Source: Eubacteriales bacterium (GTDB taxonomy: Bacteria > Bacillota > Clostridia > Oscillospirales > SIG627). From it: 64,000 nt of DNA. The stretch covers positions 72,052 to 136,051 of the forward strand of contig JAZSON010000029.1 of NCBI GenBank assembly GCA_045536965.1, read 5' to 3'. Shown here piece after piece: positions 9,268 through 18,100 of this stretch; the stretch's first letter is position 1, and the number at the start of each line of letters is the position of its first letter. The translations under genes and the position numbers were made by a program. Below the pieces are notes generated by a model, which saw nothing but the letters and a program-made list of their open reading frames with translations, searched no databases and was not told the origin of the DNA.

Positions 9268-11178
9268 ATGAAACGAATCGTTCAAATTACAGCCCTTTTA
9301 ATACTTGTATGCTGTCTGCTTTCCTGTTCACCGTTTGATTTTACCGAGGATGCAAGCGGTAACTTGAATATCGACAGCGGTTATTGCTATGAAGATCTTG
9401 CCATCCGTGTCGTAGTGGATGATGCCCACGCTTACCATGTCAGTTGGGATGTTTCCATTCAATATTTTAAACCGAGACACGGCTTTTACATCTATACCCC
9501 GTATGTAGCCGAGGTTGATTTAAAGGAAGCTGAATACGGTCGGTACTACATGGAGTATTCCGATTTTGCCGTAACAGGCGCTCCTTACGAGGTCTACACC
9601 GAGGACTTGAATTACATTGTCAAGGTCGGCGATCCCAACAAAACGGTGACGGGGATTCAAAAGTATACCATTTCCTATGTTTGTGAAGTTGGTGCTGATT
9701 TTTCCGATGCGCTTGATATTCTTTATTGGAACATTGTCGGCTCCTTTATGGATACCCAAATCAACAACATCTCTTTTGAAGTGGTCCTGCCTCACGCCAT
9801 TGAAAAGGGAAGCGAAGCCAAACTGTATCAGGGTGGTTATGGTTCGCCGCGATATTTGACCCTCAAAACCGAGGACGGCGTGTCCTTTAAGTATGAAAAT
9901 AAAAACGGTCTTGGCAGTTACAATGGGTTAACGCTGTATCTTGAACTGCCCGACGGATATTATACCGATGTGTCAACCCCTGGTATCCTGCCCGCGTTTC
10001 TTTTGATTGCAGTAGGAATCGGCACAGTTTTGCTTTGTGTTTTTCTCTACCGCAAATTCGGTGTTGACCGCACGGTTCTTCCCACGGTGGAGTTTGAAGC
10101 TCCCGAGGGGGTGGATTCGGCGGCGGCGGGATATATTCTCGATGGCTCTGCCGATGCAAAAGACATCGTTTCTCTCATTTTTTGGTTTGCCGATCATGGA
10201 TATTTAACGGTCGAGGATGCAGGCGCTGACACCTTTATTCTCCACAAGAAAAAAGAATTGCCCGACGATGCCCCCCGTTATTTGAATTCCGTCTTTGCAG
10301 GATTTTTTGATGGACGCGACAGCGTTTCCACCCAAGACTTGAATCTCCATTTTTATAAGACCACTCAGGCGGCGCAAACTTCCTTAACACATCATTGGTG
10401 TAAAAAGATATTTGATCAAAAAAGCAGTGTTATGCAGGTGCTTTCGGGGTTTGTTTCTCTCATACCCTTTTTCTTCTGTGTGCTGTGGTCGATTTGTGTC
10501 AGCTCTGCTTTGCTTGATACCGGTGTCATCGGCCTTATGCTTATTTTGGTGGTGGCCGTTGGTTCTGGAGAATTTCTCCTTTCCCGCTGGGTCACTTCAA
10601 AATCGTCCTACGGATTTATAAAGCGGAGTGGCATGCTCATGTTAAGCGTTCTCATTTTGCTCCTTTCCGCTTTCCTGTTTGGATGGATCATCCCCGCATT
10701 TGTGGTGGATCCTTGGGGGATCTCTCGCTGGGCGGGTGTGTTTACCATGGCTTGCTTGCCCTTTGTGATGTTTGCGGGGCGAAAGACCGAGGAGGGAGAA
10801 GCGCTCTTTGCAAAACTTTGCGGTTTCCGCACCTTCATCGAAAAGGCCGAGAAGGAGCGTATTGAAAAAATGGTAGCACAAGACCCTGCTTATTTTTATC
10901 ATGTTCTGCCGTATGCGTACGCTCTGGGTGTCACCGATCAATGGGCAAAACGTTTTGAAAAGATCACCATTGAACCCCCGAGCTGGTACAGTTCCTCAAG
11001 TATGGATGCCTTCACCCTCTATCTGTTCATGTCTTCGTTTAGGCGATCTGCGATGGTCATGAATCGTTCCATGGTTTCCCGTCCCGAAGTCAAAGGCAGT
11101 TCGGGTGGTGGATTCTCGGGCGGTGGTGGCGGATTCTCGGGCGGCGGCTTCGGCGGCGGTGGCGGCGGTAGCTGGTAA
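9268..11178 (+). CDS. DUF2207-like membrane protein with Gly-rich C-terminal tail
   Basis: Follows lemA by 2 nt, the usual LemA/DUF2207 pairing. Lipoprotein-like signal LLSC, multiple TM helices, and a C-terminal GGGFSGGGGGFSGGGFGGGGGGSW tail. Confidence 0.7.
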   Translation: MKRIVQITALLILVCCLLSCSPFDFTEDASGNLNIDSGYCYEDLAIRVVVDDAHAYHVSWDVSIQYFKPRHGFYIYTPYVAEVDLKEAEYGRYYMEYSDFAVTGAPYEVYTEDLNYIVKVGDPNKTVTGIQKYTISYVCEVGADFSDALDILYWNIVGSFMDTQINNISFEVVLPHAIEKGSEAKLYQGGYGSPRYLTLKTEDGVSFKYENKNGLGSYNGLTLYLELPDGYYTDVSTPGILPAFLLIAVGIGTVLLCVFLYRKFGVDRTVLPTVEFEAPEGVDSAAAGYILDGSADAKDIVSLIFWFADHGYLTVEDAGADTFILHKKKELPDDAPRYLNSVFAGFFDGRDSVSTQDLNLHFYKTTQAAQTSLTHHWCKKIFDQKSSVMQVLSGFVSLIPFFFCVLWSICVSSALLDTGVIGLMLILVVAVGSGEFLLSRWVTSKSSYGFIKRSGMLMLSVLILLLSAFLFGWIIPAFVVDPWGISRWAGVFTMACLPFVMFAGRKTEEGEALFAKLCGFRTFIEKAEKERIEKMVAQDPAYFYHVLPYAYALGVTDQWAKRFEKITIEPPSWYSSSSMDAFTLYLFMSSFRRSAMVMNRSMVSRPEVKGSSGGGFSGGGGGFSGGGFGGGGGGSW

Positions 11179-11195
11179 ACCCCAATTTGTAGTTT

Positions 11196-11230
11196 ATATG
11201 CACGCTTCGAGAGAGGCGTGCATATTTTTT
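11196..11230 (+). terminator. Rho-independent terminator
   Basis: Hairpin tatgcacgc/gcgtgcata followed by TTTTTT. Confidence 0.7.
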
Positions 11231-11267
11231 AGTTTCATAAAAATGTTTTTGTCATTGCATTCTCTTC

Positions 11268-11296
11268 TTGACAAAAAAGTTCTTTTGTGATATAGG
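11268..11296 (+). promoter_or_regulatory. Cassette A promoter (weak -10)
   Basis: TTGACA (11268-11273), 17-nt spacer ending TGa, TATAGG (11291-11296). Confidence 0.45.
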
Positions 11297-11354
11297 GTAT
11301 ACTGCATTTTTTTAAATACAATGCTTTATCACAATAATCACAAAGGAGATTGTT

Positions 11355-14300
11355 ATGAACACAAACAAACGTATTCTCTCTCTGCTTCTTTCGGTGCTTA
11401 TGCTTCTGTCTTTGCTCCGGCAGGACTGTTTGTATTCGCAGAAGGTGCCATGAATGCAGGAAATACTGTCTATGTCGATCAGACAAACGGCTCTGATGAA
11501 ACAGGCGACGGTACTGAGGCAAAGCCTGTTCAAACCATTGAAAAAGCAGTTGAACTGCTCGAAGCAGGAGATAAAACTGCAGATGGTTACGTTTATCTCT
11601 TAGATGATTACTCCGCCGTTTACAACGGAGAAAAATCCGGCGCCGAAGCCTTGACAAGCGTTTTGCCCGCCCATACCCGCCACATTATTATTACGGGTAA
11701 CGTGGGAAATAAACCCACTTGGGAATTGAGATTTAAACCGTTGATTTACAAGGACTTTTTTACACCTACGGCTAATAGACACGGCGCTGCCAGTTTGTAT
11801 CCTCTTACCAACGGCCCGTCACCTTTGATGCCGTTACGGTTCATTCGACGGTAGATAAGGAAAACTATATCCAATTCCCGACGACGACCACCTATACCAT
11901 TCCGGCAGATCATCCGAATGAAAAATATAGAGCCTATGCCGGTAAAACCATTACCTTTGAAGAAGGTTCCTATCTTTATATAGATTACAACATCACCGAT
12001 AACGGTGACGGCACCCTTACACTCACCCCGAATGGTGATGCGAAATACTATCTCCTGATCAACACTTTGCGTTGGATCCCCAAGGGATATTTCGCCACCA
12101 CCGCGAATAACACTCTCACTTGGGATACTGCGGCTGAAACCGACCGTCAGAACAGTGCTTTCCCGACCACGAAAGGAAATGCAGGTCACTGCCAAGTGGT
12201 TGCTCAAAAATATTTCTATTTTAATGCTCCCACTACCTTGAACGGCACCGGATGGGATTTATGCTACGCTTGCGTAGAGGGTGCAAAAAAAGGTGTTCAA
12301 CCCGAAAGTGAGATCATTCTTACCATCGGTGTAAACTCCGATCTTATCGGCAGATATTTGAATGCTCCCGCCAAAACAGCTCCTGCTTCCACCAAGGTAA
12401 CCTATGTGATCGAGAAACAAGGTTTTAACTGGACGCATACTACCTACAATATTTTTGGTGGCACCAAGACTTCCCCCGAAATCCTTTGTGACTTTGCGGT
12501 TGTTGTCAAAGCATCGGGTGCAAAATTTGCCGGCGGTTTGACAGAATCTTCCACCGCGACAGGCAAAGGTACCTACAATCTTGTGATTGACAATCCCTCG
12601 GTTAACTTCAGTGCCGCCGATCAGCTCATGAGCGGCTTTAACTCTTTGCAGTTTACAAACGTTGGTGAAGGCTTTACCTTCGATAACAGGAACCGTTTCA
12701 TACCTTCTCGACAGCGGCACTGTTGCCTACGCGAAGGGCGATGCCGAAGAAGAAATCGTTCTTCCCGAGAGCGAGACCGTTATTGTCGGCAATTCCATCA
12801 CCCTTGCCGCTCCTGCCACTACCACCCTTGCCGATGGCAAAAAATTTATGGGCTGGATGGATAAAGAGGGCAAACTTTACAAGGCAGGGGATGTTTTCGC
12901 GGTGGATGCAGCCGTTACCTTCACCCTGACCGCTGTTTGGGAACTTTGCATCAGCTTTACCACCGGTTATGAAGAAAGCGGCGTTTTCCAAAGCGACATT
13001 GCTGTCGATTTGGGTGAAAAATTCGCACTACCCAATGATCTTCGCGGCACCATCGTCAACGATGGCAAGTATGATCTTGTGTTCTACGGCTGGAATATTG
13101 GCGGCAAGATCCGTTTTGCCGGCGAAACGCTTACCATGGACGGCGCTGACCTTTCCGCCGAAGCCGTTTGGGTTCCCGCTATCTTCGTGGATGGCACCAA
13201 CGGAAATGATGAAGAGGCAGATGGCACGAGAGCGAAGCCTTACCAAACCCTCAATGCTGCCTATAAAGCGTTGGGTGATCTTCTCAGTGACCGCGGTAAT
13301 ACCGATGCGGCAGGCGCGGTTTATCTGTTAAGCGATGCGGCGTTTGCACCCATCGACGATTCTGTTTATTATCGCGAGTCGTCAAGTGTTGTAGCCCTCC
13401 AATCCCTCAATATGCCGATACTCTTTACCGCCGCGACTGCCAATACGGTATGCGAATTCAAAATGACTACGCAAATTTATATCTACTTCAATAACGATAT
13501 CTTATTTGATAACGTTAGCGTAGCCGTGACCTCCGAGTCCTATCCGAACGATACTAACATTCGTATGTATCCCAGTGGTGATTTGTATTTCGGCTTGCAT
13601 GTAAAAACCGAGCAATTTGTTATTGACTGCAATCAATTGATCGAGTTCTCGGCGGATTGCAAAGTGTATAACGGCACATTTAAACAAATCAACATGGGTG
13701 GCGCATCTTCTGTCCGTACCATGAACTTCAATCTCTATTTCGGTAACGGTACGAAAGAATCCACACCGTTTATTGATCCTGTTTTCCCGAATGGTCAAAA
13801 GAATGTCAACTCTCTCATTAACGCCGAATTCCGCTCCGGCACTGTCAATACTCTCGATATCAGAAAAAGCGGTACCGTTGCTGCCAACGATGATAGAAAA
13901 CTCTCGGGCGATCTGATCTGTAAGATTTACAAAGGTATAACTCTTACTAAAATTACAGACGGTGCTCCGATTTATTGTGAACAAACGTACAACAATAAAC
14001 AATACACCGATACTGAACACATGCATGATATGTCGAGAACGATCATTTTCAATGGATTCTGTGGTTCTGTATACTATGGCCATGGCACAGTGACAGGAAG
14101 TGTTGAGTATGATCATGAACTTCCCAACGGTCTGGATGCTATCGCATTTATCAATGGCGCAAACGTTACCTTTACAAACCATGCTCCCCGTATTGCCGCG
14201 CGTGCAAATGGTATCGGTAATGTTTATGTGGATGCTACCTCCACCTACACCGGAAAGGATATCATCCCCGTTTACTATGACCACGAAAATGAAGTCGAAG

Positions 14301-14785
14301 TTGACGGAACACACCTTTCACCCATTGCAGGTACCCTCCACACTTGGAACGGCACCGAATGGACCACCGATGTTTACGGTGCAGCCCTCGGCGCACAAAG
14401 ACGTACCACCGCTCCTTACGGCATCCGCTTTGGATTTGTCGGTTCTACCGCCACCCTTGAAGCCATGTTCGGACAAAAAGTAACCAAGGGAATTCTCCTG
14501 ATTCCCACCGCTCTTTTGAACGAAACCCTGGAACTTGACACCGAAAATGTTCTCAATGTAGAAGCCAAGGTTTCCTTCAGCTTGAGCCAGCCTAACGTCT
14601 TCACCGCTATGCTGATTGACGATTACGACAATTCTTCCGAAAAATGGCTGGAAACTTGGGAAAATGTAGAATTCACCGCCCGCGCATATTTTGAGCTTGC
14701 CGACGGTACCGTGTTCTACTCCGATTCTATCACAAAGAGCATCGCTTCCATCAACCAAGCATTGACCGAGATGTTGCCCGCCTGA
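11355..14785 (+). pseudogene. Cassette A giant secreted protein, disrupted (three frame breaks; lacks the middle module)
   Basis: AAAGGAG SD and ATG at 11355 encode signal peptide MNTNKRILSLLLSVLMLLSLL. The frame is lost at about 11417-11420, where the paralogs read LLPAG. There is a second shift at about 11815-11821, at the NGP(L)T motif. An out-of-frame internal deletion junction lies at about 12685-12692. The ORF-track pieces 11321-11854, 12067-12864 and 12662-14785 each align to the paralogs in turn. Confidence 0.75.
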
Positions 14786-14800
14786 TAGGGAGGAAGAGTC

Positions 14801-14920
14801 ATGAAAAACGTATATGAATCCCCCGCAATGATTTCTCTGGAATTTCCGGAAGAAATCATGTCCATCAGTTTCGGCGATAACTATGGTTCATTGCTTCCCG
14901 GTTGGGGAGAACCGAACTGA
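14801..14920 (+). CDS. Conserved 39-aa acidic small ORF, copy 1 (MKNVYESPAMISLEFPEEIMSISFGDNYGSLLPGWGEPN)
   Basis: GGGAGGA SD. The ATG lies 15 nt after the upstream stop (TGA then TAG). A terminator follows 22 nt downstream. Compared with copy 2 there are 6 synonymous and 2 non-synonymous codon differences. Confidence 0.7.
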   Translation: MKNVYESPAMISLEFPEEIMSISFGDNYGSLLPGWGEPN

Positions 14921-14942
14921 ATCATTTGCGCATACTATTTAC

Positions 14943-14981
14943 GCGAAGCACGCTTCTTATTGAAGTGTGCTTCGCTTTTTT
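14943..14981 (+). terminator. Rho-independent terminator of cassette A
   Basis: Arms gcgaagcac/gtgcttcgc followed by TTTTTT. Confidence 0.75.
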
Positions 14982-15096
14982 ACTTCACGCCAAAAGGTAA
15001 AAAAGGATTTTTTGTGATTTTGTTTTGATTTTCCCATGCAGTGAATGTTTTTTTGTTTCCATGTGTTAAAATATCGCAAATTGAAAGCGAGATATA

Positions 15097-15125
15097 TTGA
15101 CATGGCGATGATTTTGTGATAAACT
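15097..15125 (+). promoter_or_regulatory. Cassette B promoter
   Basis: TTGACA (15097-15102), 17-nt spacer ending TGa, TAAACT (15120-15125). Confidence 0.55.
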
Positions 15126-15182
15126 GTAGATGGTATACCTTAGCCGTGTTTTCACAATACCAATACTTTAGGAGGAAACGAA

Positions 15183-18100
15183 ATGAAAAACACAAACAAG
15201 CGCATTCTCTCTTTTGTGTTGTCTGCTCTTATGCTCATCTCTCTGCTTCCCGCAGGTATGATGGCAGGCGCGTTGGATGCTATGAACGCAACCAATACGA
15301 TCTATGTAGATCAGGCAAAAGGTTCGGATACCAACACAGGTACCGAATCGTCTCCCGTTAAAACCATCGAAAAGGCTGTTGAACTGCTTGAAGCGGGCGA
15401 CAAAACCGCCGATGGTTACATCTACCTCAAAAGTGATTATTCCCAACTGTATGACGGTAGAGGCCAGCGTAACTTTTTAGACATTATGCCCACCCATACC
15501 CGTAATATCATCGTAACGGGTAATGCAAATAAAAAGCCGACCTGGGAAATGATCATTGCTTGCAGTGCGAGCACCTCTGCCGCTTATTTGAAAGAGCGTC
15601 ATTTGGCCGCCTCGGGCTATATTCGCAACAATGGTCCTTTGACCCTTGATGTGGTTAAGGTTAATGTAAAGACCGACCCCAACAACCTCACCACTATTGC
15701 TTTGAAAATGGAATATGAATTCCCTGCAGGTCATGAATTTGCAGGCAAGAAGCTTGCTTTCAAGGGTGGCGATTATCTTTACAAAAAGTATGATCTTGCC
15801 ATCGATCCCAATAACGCTGCGTATGTGATCGATGTTACCGATCGTACCAAAGAAAATGAAGTATATCCCGTCCGTATGAACGATCTGCGTTGGACCACCA
15901 ATGCTAAATTCGTTGCAACCGAAAACTGCGAAGTTACCTACGAAGATCAGGCGGATAATTCTCGTTTGGAGGCGGATATCCCCACCACTTCGAGTCATGT
16001 CAAAGAGATCAACTACATCTATTTCCAACCCTACTCCAATGCCTCCTTGTACGGCGGCTTCTTTGGTGACGGCTGGGTTGTAGGTGCAAGCGCCACCTAT
16101 GATGATGAAGTGATTCTGACTATCGGCAGCAAGGATGCGTTGAAAATCCTCCGCGCTCCCAGTGCAGATGTTCCTGCCACCACCAAGGTTTCCTATGTTT
16201 TCGAAACCCCCGATGTTTTTAACATCCCCTTCTATACCTCCGAGAAAACGAACGCACCTGCCCTGAAATGTGAATTCAGCATGGTTTTGAAAACGACAGG
16301 TGTAACCTATGGTACGGGCGCAAGCGATATTGCCGAGTTGTACACTTCTTATGTAGACGGCTTCGGTACCTACAACATCGTATTTGATAACCCTGCCGAA
16401 ACATTTGACCAGAATCTTTTGTTGCCCGGTTACCATTCCCTTTATTTCAAGGGAATCGGCGGTTCCCTTTCCTTTGATTTTGAATCTCTTCCCCAAGTTG
16501 GTTACAAAGTCATTCGTATCGACGAAGGCGATATTCTCGATCTTCAGGGAACTACCGTTCAAAGAGAATTCATGCTTGACATCGTCAAAGCAGGAAAAAG
16601 CTTTGAAAACGATTCTTTCCCCGTAATTTATGCCGATGATGAATCGGTTCTCGACTTCATCACCCTGACCGAAGAAGCCGAAGCGCTCGGTTCTTTGGTA
16701 TATTCCGAAGATGACTATGCTGTTTACTACACCTTGGATCGCGGCAATGTTGTCTATGAAAAAGGCGATACCGACGAAGATGTTGAAATGCCCGCCGACT
16801 CCGAAACCGTTTTTGCAGGCGAAAACATCATCGTCAGCGCGCCCGTAAATAGCACTCTGGAAAACGGAAAGAAATTCTCCGGTTGGAAAGATGCGAAGGG
16901 CAACATCTATCAGCCCGGCGACAGCTATATGATCAACTCTAACGGCAGTGTAACCCTCACCGCAACTTGGGGCTTCCCCCTCTCGTTTGTGACAGGTTAT
17001 GAAGATGCCGCAACTCCCGTCACCAGAGAAGACATGTTCTTCGTTCCCGGTGACAGAGTGGCACTTCCCAATGATCTCCGCGCTTCCGATGAGGATAAAG
17101 ACGGTGTATACACCCTCAAAACCATCACCGATGGCGGCAAGGACTATGTCTTCTACGGCTGGACCATTGATGGCAAGTTCTATCATGCAGGCGAGACCAT
17201 TAAAACGGGTACTACTGCCATCACCGCAACCGCTGTTTGGATTCCCGCCATCTATGTCAAACCCTCCTATGCGGGCAACGACTCCGACGGTTCCAAAGCC
17301 AAACCCTACAACTCGATTCTGAAAGCACAGATGGCCGTTCGCGCTCTCTTTGGTGCCGATGAAGGAAATGAAATCCCCGCCGCTTCCATCGTTATGATGG
17401 AAAACACCATTTGGAACTGGAGCTACACCGAGACCGTTCCCGGTCATGTCGGTGGTGTTCAAGACGATGGCTATACCTATTATGAAAAGAATAGTGCAAA
17501 CGCCAACCATCCCAAACTGAATACTCTCGGCGGATCGGTTCTTTACACGGCAATTTCCAGCGACATCGAAGTTTTGATGTATCAGTACGAATCCCTGTAC
17601 TTCTACATTGCTGACGACTTCATGCTTGACAACTTGACCTACCTTGTCAGCGCCACCCACTCCATTTCCCGTCTTTACTTCACGACCACGGGCAGAGTCC
17701 TTTATATGGGCCCGACCGTGAAATGCTTGAAGAAAAACAACAATACCCAAAACGTAGATACCTTGTATGGTTTGCCTCTCGGTTCTTACAGCGCAACCGT
17801 TCATCAGCAGTATTCCTACATTCTGTTTGATGTCAACTTACCCGATATCACAGCGCATATCTATGGCGGTGAGTACACAGGTCTTTATATGCTCTATGCC
17901 AACGCAGGTACCAACACCTCTTATATCGGTGCTCCCGGTACTACTGGTCCGACCATTGCATATACCGCTCTCGGTAACACCAACAACCATCCTTCCGCTG
18001 TTTGGGATTACTACCAATATTCGGGCAATGTAAAGGAATTTCGTTTCGGTGTTCTTTCTACCGCTAACAATATTTTCCGTGGTACATGGAATCTCCATTT

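Noticed and set aside
11321-11354. ORF-track start at 11321 (MLYHNNHKGDCYEHKQTY...) as the N-terminus of cassette A.
   Set aside because: The paralog-like signal peptide is encoded from the ATG at 11355 in another frame, behind an AAAGGAG SD. The 11321 frame only becomes homologous to the paralogs after the frameshift near 11417.
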